Shown here: positions 50,160-62,761 of the stretch, piece after piece
How the letters are laid out: each line of letters starts with the position of its first letter
Position numbering within the stretch: position 1 is the stretch's first letter
From: Octopus vulgaris
Taxonomy: Eukaryota
NCBI GenBank assembly: GCA_951406725.2
Contig: OX597815.1
Location: forward strand, 174,716,001-174,780,000
Reading direction: 5' to 3'
DNA: 64,000 bases
Translations under genes and position numbers: made by a program
Notes under the pieces: generated by a model
Seen by the model: the letters and a program-made list of their open reading frames with translations, nothing else
Database searches by the model: none
Told to the model about the DNA's origin: nothing

Positions 50160-51660
50160 ATATCATCATTTAATGTTCGTTTTCAATGCTGGCATGGGTT
50201 GGATGGTTTGATAGGAGTGATAGTAGATAAGTGAGGTATGAATGATGGAGAACAAAACAGGGTAGAGGAGGCAGTTGGTGGAGACAGTGGGCAGGGGAAG
50301 ATAATGGGAATGGTATGCACCTGTTCTGTTCTCAGGCAATAAAGAGGTGATGTTAGTGGATGAAAGATGGGGAGAAATGGTTGATGGTAGGGGCGCAAAG
50401 AGGATGTAGGTGGGCATAGAACAGAATCCCTCACTGACAAGTATTAACCAAGGTGGTTTAGGATATCAATTTTGCTGTGTCAGATGGGTTTTCTTGAGTA
50501 CTGCAAGGTGCCAGATATCTTGGTCCTTTGTCATCCTCTTAAGGTTCAGTATCTTGAAATCACCCTTCAATACTTTGTCCCATATCTTCCATGAATTCTA
50601 TTCACCCTAAGTGATTAGCATTTCTTTATGCAACTGTCTACATCAATGCGCATCACATGACTAAATCAGCACAGTCTTCTCTTTTGCACATTGCATCTAA
50701 TTCCTCCTATGCCTAAATTTTCTCTCAATACACTAGTGCTCTGTCACACATGTACACTGATGTTGCACATCCAGCAGAGCATACTAGCTTCATTTCTCTC
50801 TAGTCTTTATATGTCCCCTTCATTCAGGACTTATGTCTTACTACCATATAGCATTGCTGTTCATATACATGCCTCATACAAGCTTCCTTTCTCTCAAAGA
50901 AAGAGACTTTTGGTTACCGACAAAAGAAATCATTTAGAATTTTCTCCATCCTATTCTTAGTCTAGCAATTACACTCGCTTACATTCTCCTGTCGGTGCTA
51001 ATTAAGTCCTCTAGGTAGCAGAAATTATACACCACCTTTAAAGAGCCTCCATGGTATTTGAGAAAATCAATTTCCTGAGTATCTGTAGTTTTTATGGTTC
51101 CTGTGCATCTTCCACATACAAATACAACTTTCTCTGAGAACCTTCTTATTCCACTGTGCGTCTTGTGTGTTCATAGCTTGCATTGGGTACACTATATAGA
51201 ATTCCTGCCTACACATCATTCAGGGCCATTCACCTGATTGGGGTAGGGTCCTATTCATTTTTTTTGCTTACTAGAACCTTATTCTTTGCTAAGTTAACTT
51301 TAAGGCCCTTCGATTTCAGGTTTTGCTTCCACACCTGGAATTTCTTTTCTAGTTCTGTTACAGAATTCGCTATGAGAGTAAGATCATCAGCATAGCAGTT
51401 CCCAAGGGCAACCAGTCTTGAATTCCTCTTTTATGGTCTGGGGGAACAATGATGCATGGGAGGGGACTGAGAAGCAAACCCTTATGAACACTAAATTCAT
51501 AACTGTACTCATGGTTAACTCTCACTTTACTGACAAAGCCTTTGCATGACCTGTGTAGCATTGACAAGCCACTCATTTAACCCTCAGAGCCCACCATATC
51601 ACATAGCAGAGTACTCTGTCAAAGGCTTTCTCCAAGTCTAGAATCACCATGTACAATGGT
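50160..51660 (-). mobile_element. Degraded RTE LINE fragment
   Basis: Reverse-complement similarity to the RTE RT at 55006-55878 plus an RTE tail (catcatttaatgttcgttttc) at 50160-50210. Confidence 0.75.
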
Positions 51661-51806
51661 TTATTCTTAACCAAATATTTTTCCTGTTTATTCTAGACTA
51701 AATACTTTTGTTTAGTCTCAGCCAAATACTTTTGTTTATTCTTAGCCAAATACTTCTGCTTTTTATTCTTAGCCAAATACTTCTCTTTATTGTTAGTCAA
51801 ATACTT
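51659..51806. repeat. Minisatellite, unit ~21-25 bp (tttattcttagccaaatacttttg), about 6 copies
   Basis: Seen directly at the end of the RTE fragment. Confidence 0.8.
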
Positions 51807-52829
51807 TATATGTAGGCATGTTGGTATGTCATGGAGTTGACTTTGTTGGAAATATTCTAGTGTTGAAAGTAAAAGCTTTTACACACTAGTGGGGAAACAG
51901 TGAAAGTTTTTGCTGGATGGCTGGCCTGTGTATATCCGTGTTGGAGGTGTCCATAGGAGTGTATCGTTAATGAGTTCTTAATTAACTCTCTAGCAATGTC
52001 CAATAAAATACATGTATCTCTCTCTAATGACATCAGTGATTGCAAGAAGACTACTATAACACTTTGTTTGGACTCTCTTTCCACGAGAAATTCAGAATGG
52101 CCAATAACAGGTGGGTATAAGCACCATCCAAGTATTTGTTGAGTGACAAAGCAGTGGATCTACACTATAGCACTGATTCCACAGCTCCACCGAAGAAGCT
52201 TCTTGTTAGGCAGTGATAACTCCTACATAACACTGAGGTCTTCAAGAACAGCACCTGCTTTTGCAAGACAAATGATTATATCCTCTTCTGTGGATGTGTG
52301 TTACTTTCCATGTACACGAAGGAGTCTACAGGTTTTAGAGGATTTTGTTGGTTGTACTTATTGAGCCCTTCTGATAGTAGCAGATATATTCATCTTTGTG
52401 GCAATGGTATACAGACCAATATCTTAGTCTGATTGTCAATCAACAGGAGGTAAAGGAGTATTAATAAAAGGAGGCAAATGTGGAGGAGGTGAATTATGAG
52501 TTATGCAGAATTTGTAGTTGCAGTAGCCGACAGTTAGGGAGGGAGGGAGTAGTAACAAGAGAAGACAGTGAGAGGAAAGGAGAGAATTCCATATAAGGTA
52601 GATGACCAAGCAACCAGCAATGAGTACTATTAATGTGAAATTGTGCTTATATACACTGTTTTCACCAACATTTAATTGATGGAAATCTCACATCATCATG
52701 GACAATAAAATGTATTTTAATTTATCTCAGTTTGCATTTTTGCACTTAATATTTCAAAAAAAAAAAAAGAATGTCATTGTATTGTCAAATTTAGTTGATA
52801 TTTAAAACACATATATTTTCTTTTATCAG

Positions 52830-52922
52830 GATTCCAGTATAATCCCTTTACTAATTAATGTCCTGCCAAAATCATCATGTACACAAGAATGTGTTACTAC
52901 CATATTTGCTAATTGTTGCAAG
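52830..52922 (+). CDS. ARMC8: ARMC8 coding exon 6
   Basis: DSSIIPLLINVLPKSSCTQECVTTIFANCCK; phase 0/0. Confidence 0.92.
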
Positions 52923-54013
52923 GTAACCTATATTTTATGTATGCTTCCTCTATTCTGTCTCCTAATTAAATTAACTTTTCTATAGAGTCTATTTCTCAGT
53001 TATTTATTTTTTAATGGCCACTTTTCAGTTATTCAAGCTAATTTTTGTATTATTTGTAAACTATTGTAATTCTATTGAAACATTAAAAAAATTTATTGCA
53101 AAATAGTTTCTTGTAAAATACCAAACGATAGAGGTTAAGGATGAGTTGTTGTTAGGAAACCTGTAAATGAAAGTATGGAAAAGTCACTGGATAACAATCA
53201 ACAATTTTACATTATAATATATTTAATTCTAATTATTTACTGTTCCCATTATAAACATTATATCATGTATTTTTTTTAATAATTACAAACCTATTTTATT
53301 ATTAAATAAGTATTTAAGGTGGTGAGCTGGTAGAGTTATTAAAGCTGAAAAAATTACTTTATGGTATTTGTCCTGCTACTTCAAGTTCTGGGTTCAGATC
53401 CTGCTGAGGTTATCTTTGCCTTTTCTCCCTCTGCAGGTTCTGATAGAATACTAGTCTAGAACTGTGGTTGGTGTAAATAGACTAACCCACTCCACTAAAT
53501 TGTAAAGAAACATTTGTTATACATTGAGGAAATAATAGTCATTTCCTTTTTAATTAGAGTTAGAAATAAAGTCTTTTCAATTTGGTCTGTTTTTGTAAGT
53601 TGTTATATTCATACCTTTCTCAAAATTTTAACATTTTACCAAAAATCAAAAACTTATGCATGAATTATTTGGTAAAGTTTTATTGCAGTATCATACAGAA
53701 TATTAATCTGCATTTTAAACTGTATTTAATAAAAAATTTAACTTGGATATAAATATTTAAAAACAAGTTTTATTCTAATCAGCTACTTAGAGTTAATATC
53801 ATCTATTTATTTTCTCTTAAATTCTCTTAAAAGAACACAATTTTCAGTTTATAATTTGTTTTAACTATTCTTCATGAAACACATAGCAAGTATTATATTC
53901 AAGCGAGGATTAGGAGTTAATTTTATTTTCTGAATTGTAGTAATTTAAAAAAAAAATTAAATTATTTGTATTTTTTTATGTTCCTGTAATAAATTTTTTC
54001 ACTTGTATCATAG

Positions 54014-54094
54014 ACTCCAGAACATCAAAATATGCTGTGCAGTAATGGTGCCATTGAAGCTTTAGCTCCACTCTTGAAGTGTAATATTTATAAA
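54014..54094 (+). CDS. ARMC8: ARMC8 coding exon 7
   Basis: TPEHQNMLCSNGAIEALAPLLKCNIYK. Confidence 0.92.
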
Positions 54095-54189
54095 GTAAGA
54101 TTCTTATACATTCTTATTGTTTCCATATTCTTTTTTTGTGACAATGCTTCTCTCAAAATAGGAAAACTAATACAAAATATATATTTTAG

Positions 54190-54268
54190 GTTCAAATGCC
54201 AACTCTTCGTTGTTTCTCTGTGATGTGCTACCAAAATGAAGACGTTGCACAGGCTATTGCTAACTATG
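54190..54268 (+). CDS. ARMC8: ARMC8 coding exon 8
   Basis: VQMPTLRCFSVMCYQNEDVAQAIANY; ends in phase 1. Confidence 0.9.
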
Positions 54269-54385
54269 GTATTTCTTTTTTATATATAACATTTATCTAC
54301 TATATTTTTTGAATTTGAGATTTTATAGATAAAGTATTTTGAAAATGGTAATATACTGTGTTTTTGTTTTTTGTTTCTCATTCAG

Positions 54386-54537
54386 ATAATGGCAAAGGAG
54401 ATACTATTTCAGAAATGCTTGTACGACTTCGTAATCGAGATAAAACATCAGAAATGCAAATGGCTGCTGCTAAATGTCTAACTTATTTATATCGAGGTGG
54501 AGCTCTTATGGCTAATGATCCAATAATAATGTTGAAG
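54386..54537 (+). CDS. ARMC8: ARMC8 coding exon 9
   Basis: ...RDKTSEMQMAAAKCLTYLYRGGAL...IIMLK. Confidence 0.93.
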
Positions 54538-55005
54538 GTAAATCTCTTTAAAAAAATCTTTCTGGCATTAATTCCTTAACTTAAGAGAATAATGTCTTCA
54601 TGCTAGCATTAAAAAAACAAACAAAACAAGAACAAGAAGAAAAAAATGGATATTAAGTGAACAAAAAATCCTCTATTTTATTACTGCTTCATAAACTAAC
54701 TTTGAATGTAGAATGACAACAACTGAGTTAAAAATGTTAGTCTCTTCAAAGAATCATGAGTTTTTAATTCCTCCTTGGTGCTTTGATATATTCTGATTAA
54801 AAAAAGCACTCAATATATGTTGTGTCATTTAACTGACAGCAGGTAAGAAGAATAATTTGTAGTATAGCACCAAAGTAACTAGAAACTAGTAAGCAGTCAG
54901 GTGGTTTTCATACTAGGAAAAATAAATATTCTTAGTGTATAGCTTCTTTTAGTAATATAATAGTCTTTTACTTTTTCTTTTTATTTTATTCAATTTGGTT
55001 TTGTT

Positions 55006-55878
55006 TCTCCTATTTATCATAGTTCTCCAGGCAATAACAGAGGAATTCAAGACAGGATGCCCCTGGGAGCTCCTCTATGCTGATGACCTTGCTCTAATTG
55101 CTGAGTCACTATCAGAACTAGAGGAGAAGTTTCAGGTGTGGAAGCAGGGATTAGAATCGAAGGGCCTTAGAATCAACCTAGCTAAAACCAAAGTCCTAAT
55201 AAGTAGGAAGGTGGACAAATCACAAACGCCTTCAGGTAGATGGCCCTGCTCGATCTGTAGAAAAGGCGTAGGTAGAAACTCTATGTACTAAGTGTAAGCT
55301 ATGGACACATAAGAGGTGCAGCTATGTCAAAGGAAGGCTAACTAGGAAGAGAGTTTTTGTATGTGGCAGTTGCTCAGGAGCAATAAACACTGAAAATGTG
55401 CAGAGAACAACTTCTGCCACATTCCAGGGAGAAAAACTAGAATTAGTTGATAGCTTCCGTTACCTAGGTGACCAAGTCAGTAGCGGGGGCAGGTGTGCTG
55501 AAAGTGTAACTGCTAGAGTAAGAATAGTCTGGGCAAAGTTCAGAGAGCTCTTACCTCTGCTGGTGATAAAAGGCCTCTCGCTCAGAGTAAAAGGCAGACT
55601 GTATGGCGCTTGTGTACGAACAGCCATGCTACATGGTAGTGAAACATGGGCCGTAACTGCTGAGGATATGCGTAAGCTCGCAAGAAATGAAGCCAGTATG
55701 CTCCGATGGATGTGTAATGTCAGTGTTCATACCCGACAGAGTGTAAGTACCTTGAGAGAAAAGTTGGACCTAAGAAGCATGAGTTGTGGTGTGCAATAGA
55801 CGATCATCATGTGGCGAGAATGGATGAAGATAGTTGTGTGAAAAAGTGCCACACCCTAGCGGTTGAGGGAACCTGTGG
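55006..55878 (+). mobile_element. RTE LINE reverse-transcriptase fragment
   Basis: PWELLYADDLALIA, Cys-rich insert (WPCSICRKGVG), FRYLGD, MLHGSETW; frameshifted and truncated at both ends. Confidence 0.92.
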
Positions 55879-56102
55879 CATTTACTCTTTCTATCTGCCT
55901 CACCTATTTGCTTTGCTATTCAACTTTCCTAGGTTGATGTATGTTTGAGTAACATGCTGATTAAATTGACTATATGACATGGTTCAAATTTATTCAGGCT
56001 AGAAATTACTGATGCCTTTTAAAAATATTTAATTTGTAACATAATAAAGAAATTCATTAGTTTATTATTCTAAATACATTATTATCTTTTTCTCTTTCAC
56101 AG

Positions 56103-56312
56103 ACTTTACCTACTTTAATTCGTATGTGCAAGAAGGACCGCACTTTAGAAGAAAATGTGGAAGGAGCTGAAACTCTAGCGTATCTCATTGAAGTAAACTC
56201 TGAGCTGCAGAAAGTGGCTTCTATTTCAGATCACCTAATTCGAACTCTATCTGATTATTTAAAATATACCAGTGTCCAACAGATCAGTAGTACACAGAAC
56301 ACACAAAAAAAA
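56103..56312 (+). CDS. ARMC8: ARMC8 coding exon 10
   Basis: [30 protein letters not shown]...ASISDHLI. Confidence 0.95.
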
Positions 56313-56434
56313 GTATGTTGTTTTATTGCTCTAGTATTTCATTTTAATAAGGATTGTACCAAACTAGTCATATTATTGCAAACTAGTTTGATACCTTCTA
56401 TTTCTGTGTTCATATCCTGCTGGAATCAACTTAA

Positions 56435-56865
56435 CCCATTAGTATTTAAACTGGCCATTATCAGGCCCAGATATTCTACCTGTTTTATGTTCAAACAGGC
56501 CAGATCTGACCTCTCATACCTACCCTACACTGTCATTCTAAAAATAAACAATTGTGTCATTGAAATCTCATGCCTACAATATAGTGCCTTCCACATGAAA
56601 AGCACCCAATGCACTCTGTAAAGTGATTGGCATTAGGAAGGGCATCCAGCTGTAGAAACCATTCTGAAACAGACAATTGGTGGCTGGGCAGCTCTCCAGT
56701 TGGCCAGCTCCTCTAAACTGTCCAACCATGCTAGCATGGAAAACAGTTGTTAAAAGATGATAATGGTGGTAACAGTGGCAACAGCAATGGTGATTGCATG
56801 AATAATTCAAAACAATGTGAATAAATAAATATTACATTTGATAGAATAATCTGAAAGCTAAAGGG
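56435..56865. mobile_element. piggyBac-type MITE carrying an inserted RTE 3' tail
   Basis: TTAA|cccattagtatt ... gctaaaggg; RTE tail at about 56582-56790 interrupts the MITE body. Confidence 0.7.
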
Positions 56866-57570
56866 TTCAAAGGGATGACTTGGATATTGGATTACTTATT
56901 CATAGATCATGAATTCAAATCACAACAGGTTTTTCTGTTGTGTTACAAGATGATCATTGTATACTATATTGCTTCAGTTCATCTAATTGTTAGGAGTAGC
57001 CACAAAATTATGTGAGAATGTTGTCTAAGATAGGCTGAGATTCTATCATCATCATCCTTTAACTCCCGTTTTTTATACTGGTCTGGGTTGAGGAAAATTT
57101 AACATGAATTCACTTCACACCATGAAACCAGTTTAAGTGGCAGAATTTGAAAATCTGATGAGAGTTAAGAGGCATTTACATTTATAATAGATTCTACAAT
57201 TTTGATCCTAAATTTTTTGATGGAATATGAGACACTAATAAAATTTAGAATTCACCAAAATAAAAGTATTGTTGGTTCAGAAAAATATCTTCCATTCTAT
57301 GTTGTATAGTAGTTTGAGATAGGAAAAGCAATTAACTATAAAAATCTTGCCAAAAACAATATTAGCTAATTTTCTCTGTTGTTCTGTATGTCAGAAGATA
57401 ACGGAATGCAAAAGGATGCTAGCTTCTGTGAGATCTATCCCACCCATTCAACAGAAAAAAAAAAAATGATGATGGATATTGAATATTTGAAAAAGTTGTT
57501 GTTTTTTAAATATTCACTATCCTATACACACACATATGCATAATATATATCCTACTATATAATATAAAAA

Positions 57571-57860
57571 GACCTCCTTTGGTCATGACTGTCCGTGTAA
57601 TTGCACCTAGAAAGTTACACCTTGAGGCACAAGTCCAGGCAAGGTTTTTTATGGAAGACTAACAGTCACCATGCATACCAGCCTCCCCTCTCCACACCAC
57701 TGATATTATCCAAGGGAAAGGCAAAGGTTGATGCAACTCATTTCTACAGATGAACTGGAGCAATGTGAAATAAAGTGATTTGCTCAGTCTGGTCTGGGAA
57801 TTGAACTCACTACCTTATGATTGTGAGCTTGATGTTCTAACCACTGAGCCCTATGTTTTC
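57571..57860 (-). mobile_element. SINE (family of 1822-2146)
   Basis: Colinear with 1822-2146. Confidence 0.8.
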
Positions 57861-58274
57861 ACATACTATATAATATAGTCTGCTGGGTAGTCAAATGTAG
57901 CATATATTTTATTTAGTGCATTTGAAGGTATTGTAGTTCCATTATCTTTATGCATGTTACATTTTTAATATAATATTGATAAAAATGTGTGTTCTTTTAA
58001 AAAGTCATTTAAATGTAAGAGGAAATTAAATATTTTTTACATATAGAAGCTAATTTTTTTTAACAGAGATTAAATTATTTCTAAGTAGTTATTCTGTTAT
58101 AATTTTTAAAATGAATCATTTTTATCAAATGAATCTTACATTAAATATCAATAACACATCAGATGAACATTGTATTTAGTATAATGCTCTCTCTACTGTA
58201 TAAATTTATTTATAATATTATTACCTTGTTTCTTACATTTTCTGTTTATTCCTTTATTTGTGTGAATTTTTCAG

Positions 58275-58361
58275 GATATTCATTGGGGTAATGAACTCAA
58301 ACAGGCAGCATTCAAAGCATTTGCTTCTCTTGGAGCCAATGATGAAGATATTCGCAAAAAG
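58275..58361 (+). CDS. ARMC8: ARMC8 coding exon 11
   Basis: DIHWGNELKQAAFKAFASLGANDEDIRKK. Confidence 0.95.
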
Positions 58362-59014
58362 GTAAACAAGCAAAACATAGGTACTATAAGTCAGATCACA
58401 AGCTGTTTGTCTAAGAAGGCTGTAACTCTGATACAGAGTTATGGAGATCCTTTAATCCTACTTGCATGGAATAATCTCTGTAGTGCTGATGGCATGATAA
58501 AATTATACCCAGTGCACTGTGTAAAATGACTCGAGATAGAAAAGGCATTCAGCCATACAAAATATGTTAAAAATTGAACAAGCAAGCAAGACATGGACTG
58601 TGTAAGCTGTATTGTTAGTCAGCTGTTGTCTAAGACAGCAATAACTCTAAATAGTAACTGATACTGGGTAGAGAGGGAGGGCATGCTTTCTCCTCCTCAC
58701 ATGACAAATTCTCTTGTGTTATTGGCATAATAAAATGTACCTCAACCACAACATCAAAGTTAGTTGGGTTTCTGCTGTTGTGTTTGCAAGCTGACATAAA
58801 CTGCAATGAACCATCCAACCTGTGCCAACATGCAAAAATTGACATACAACAGTGATATTTGACTTTAGAAACGGAGAGGAAAGAGAACATAAGCACCAAA
58901 AAATAAATTAACATATATACCCTGAGTTACATCTAAGTATAAAAAACAACAACCACAGACCCCAATACTTAATTTATTCATTACAATGTAGAATATATGT
59001 GTATAATAATAATA

Positions 59015-59656
59015 ATGGTTTCAAATTGTGGGACAAGGACAGCAAGTTGTAAGTCAATTATATCAACCCCAGTGCTTATGACTCTGAAAGGATGAAAGAC
59101 AAAGTCAACCTTGGTGGAATTTGAACTCAAAACCTAAAGATGGATAAAATGCTACTAAGCACTCTGCTGGCATGCTAACAATTCTGTCAGCCCGTTACCT
59201 TAATAATAATAATAACTAAAACATCAATAATCATCCTTTATATTATAGACACAAGGCCTGGAATTTGGTAGAAGGAGACTGGTCAATTAGATTGACCCCA
59301 GTGCGTAACTGTTACTTATTTTATCGACCCCAAAAGGATGAAAGGTGAAGTTAGTTTCAGTGGCATCTGAACTCAGATTGTACAAAGCAGGAAGAAATGC
59401 TGCCAAACATTTTGTCCAGCATGGCAACGATTCTGCCACCTTATAATAATGGTTTCAGATTTTGGCACAAGACCAGTAACTTCTGAGCAAGGGGCTAGCT
59501 AATTTCATCAACTTCAGTGCTCAACTGGTCCTTATTTTAACGACCCCGAAAGGATGAAAGTTGACCTTGGTGGAATTTGAGTTCAGAATCTAAAGATGGA
59601 TGAAATGCCACTAAGCATTTTGTCTAACTTGCTAACAGTTCTGCTAGTTTACCGCT
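59015..59656 (-). mobile_element. Three head-to-tail SINE copies separated by (AAT)n
   Basis: Each unit has gacccc..aaggatgaaag..gaccttggtggaatttgaactc as in 27985-28209. Confidence 0.8.
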
Positions 59657-60395
59657 TTAATAATAATAGTTGCTGATATAAATCTGGATTGGTTGGTTGA
59701 TTTTTTCCAGTCACACTTCATATAGAGAGAACAAGAGAGAGAGAGAGAATAAAAGAGAAATACAGACTGAGTTAACATAAGAGGTGCAGCATGAGTGCAC
59801 ATATGAGGTTTGATAGTAGACAAAGAGTAAAAGAACGCTACATACATACATACATAGAGTGAGAGAGAATCGTAGAGACGGGAAGAGAGGGAGTAAATGA
59901 TAGAGTAGTTAGAAGAGTTATACAAGGGAGAGCAAATTTTTATTTAATTATATTTTAAGGTAATATTTTTCTTTTCAGAATTAGTATTCACTTCATCATT
60001 TTGTCTAAGCATCAATAAATTTGATAAAAGATTAATTATTGTGTGTATGCCATATTTCCGTGTGGGCGCAAAGTAAATTTCTTCATCATACAGCCATGCC
60101 TGTGCTAATTTTGTTGATGTTATTTCTGTGGATTTCCTTTGAATAATTAGTGTTGATATCATTTATTTCTGTTCTTTTTCTCCAATACAATTTGTCTGTG
60201 ATTCATGTTTTTGGCTGAGAGCATATGTTATTACTAATGGTTTCATATAATACCGAATATTAATACTAATATTTTCATAATCCAGTTTTTCTCTAGCCAT
60301 ACTACTTCAACCGTGCTATAGTATATCCATTCCTTCTACTGTTTTCTCAAGTTTGTTAATATAATTTTATATGCAATCTATTTGATTTTTGACAG

Positions 60396-60560
60396 ATTAT
60401 TGAAACAGAAAATTTGATTGATCATATTACTAATGGCATGGAGAGTAGTGACGTTAAAGTTCAAGCAGCAGCTGTGCGATGTTTGCACAGTTTGTCACGT
60501 TCGGTCCAACAATTACGCACAACGTTCCAAGATCATGCTTTATGGAAACCATTACTTAAG
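60396..60560 (+). CDS. ARMC8: ARMC8 coding exon 12
   Basis: [11 protein letters not shown]...[31 protein letters not shown], close to vertebrate ARMC8. Confidence 0.96.
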
Positions 60561-60917
60561 GTAAAACCTGTATTCTTTCACCTGTGTTTTTTTGTTCAAC
60601 TCTAGACAAGCTGAATGTGTAACTTGGTTATATGACTCCTTTATGCTGTTAATAGGAGAGGCCTGATCATTACAATTCCGTATTACCCACTCAGGTTTCA
60701 TCTGCATATTTTGTATTTCTATATATAAACTTCTGTATTCACTTTGACCACTTAGTATTGTAAAGATACTTATTTTCAGTTTATGAAGTGAGATTTTAAT
60801 ATTGGATATCTTTCATATCATTAATAAAGTGAAGTAAGTATTTGAGAAGTGTCTTCAATTTCTTGATTGTATAATCAGGCTATTAGTGAAAGGATTAAAC
60901 TAATTATCCATTTACAT

Positions 60918-61174
60918 TAGTGTTTCTCAACCATTTTCTTTACCAAAGTACTTCTTTGATTCCTATTTTACTCAAATGGATCCTCATAACCATTCATCAT
61001 TTAAAAAATCATATTTTTATAATAATTAGATATTATTAAGAATTATATTTTTTAAGAATTGTTAAAATATTTTGTGTATTCTAGAAGTATAATCAATTTA
61101 TTGCTGATAAATTTTAACAACAAACTCTTATCTGGACCCCTAAGGGCCATATGGACCCTAGTTGAAAACCACTG
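60918..61174. mobile_element. hAT (Charlie-type) MITE with 8-bp TSD
   Basis: TIRs tagtgtttctcaac / gttgaaaaccactg; atttacat at 60910-60917 and 61175-61182. Confidence 0.85.
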
Positions 61175-61549
61175 ATTTACATACTAACAAAATAATTCCT
61201 CTCTTAGTGCCTAAAATGCACTTGGATTACTCTTTTACGGTGTCTGAAAGAAAGAAGTGTATCTGGCCATTAAATCCAAATAAAATATAATATGTAAAGT
61301 AATTGATCTTGTTTTAGATTGGTGAAATTGAGCTGGGCTCATGAGTCTGTGAAAAGAAACATTACTAGGACAATGTTAGTTTAACCTTCAGCATTCATAT
61401 TATCCTGTCACATTCTTTTGAATTAATCATGCATTATCTTGTAGCTTCGAGATTTCAATAATGTGATTATTTTCAGAATGATATTGTAGGGTAAGTGTAA
61501 GAGGCCAGATTTGGTCAGTTTTAACATAAAGCAGAATATTTTGGCTGGG

Positions 61550-62075
61550 TATCATCATCATCATTGATTAAATCCGTTTTCCATGCTGGCATGGGCTAGA
61601 TGGTTTGACTGCAGTCTGGAGAGCCAGTGGCTGCACCAGGCTCCAATCTGGTCTGGCAGAGTTTCTACAGCTGCATTCTCTTCTTAATGCCAACCACTCC
61701 GAGAGTGTAGTGGGTGCTTTTTATGTGCCACCGGCATGAGCCAGTAAGGCGGACCTGGCAACAATCACACATTTGGATGGTGCTTTTTACGTGCCACCGG
61801 CACAGGAACCAGTTAGTGGGTACTGGCGTCGGTCATGATTGGTTGGTGCTTTTTACATGCAACTGGTACTGGAGCCAGTAAGGCGGGCCTGGCAATGAAT
61901 ATGTTCAGATGGTGCTTTTTAAGTGCCACCAGCACAGGAGCCTGTCAGGTGGACCTGGTATTGACCATGTTCAGATAGTGCCTCTTACATGCCATTGGCA
62001 TGGGAGCCAACCAGGCTGCACCGGCTCCAGCTACAATCTTGGTTTTACTTGACTCAACAGGTCTTCTCAAGCATA
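61550..62075 (-). mobile_element. RTE 3' UTR with ~62-bp internal tandem repeats, nested in a piggyBac-type MITE
   Basis: (ATC)n tail, then repeated ggtgctttttacgtgccaccggca units as in 14640-14830. Confidence 0.8.
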
Positions 62076-62674
62076 TTATATTGCCCGACACATCAGGTGT
62101 ATTTTTAACATTGCTGGACGTGAATGACTGCCATCTCACTTTAGTTGCCGCGTCTAACTGCTAAAGGTTTAATCATATGTAGGCAGGGCTATTAATTGGT
62201 AAACAGCATATGTATTGTTCTCTTTTAGCTTGTTTGATAGGAAATCGACATCAGAAATGTGTTTCATGCATTGATGTCACTAATGTAGCGAGCCAAATAC
62301 TAAACATCGCACACTGTTAAGCTTTGTTGAATTGCGCTAAATGACTTAATGAGGAAAATAAAAAATGGTGCCTTTCAAATGAAGTCTCTTGAGATATTTG
62401 TTCTTTACAAGTCACACAGGCACTAATATTAAACGATTTGTCGCATTTAATGTTGTTCTTTTACATTCAAATCTTACCTAGGTTCACTTTGCCCTTGATT
62501 GTTACAGGCTTGATAAAATAAGTACACATAATATGACGGGGATGAATTTAATCAACTGTAGCTCCCCTCCTCAAATTTCTGACCTTGTGAAAATATTAGA
62601 AATCATTTTTCATATACATATCTCTAGATCAGAGCTAAAATTCTATTTTTTTTCTGTTCTATACTCTCATACAG

Positions 62675-62761
62675 ATGCTGCAGAATGGGCCTGAAGAAGT
62701 ATTACGTGTTGCATCTTCAACTCTATGCAATTTGATGCTAGAATTCTCCCCTAGTAAGGAA
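62675..62761 (+). CDS. ARMC8: ARMC8 coding exon 13 (gene continues beyond the window)
   Basis: [29 protein letters not shown]|gtaagt. Confidence 0.95.
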
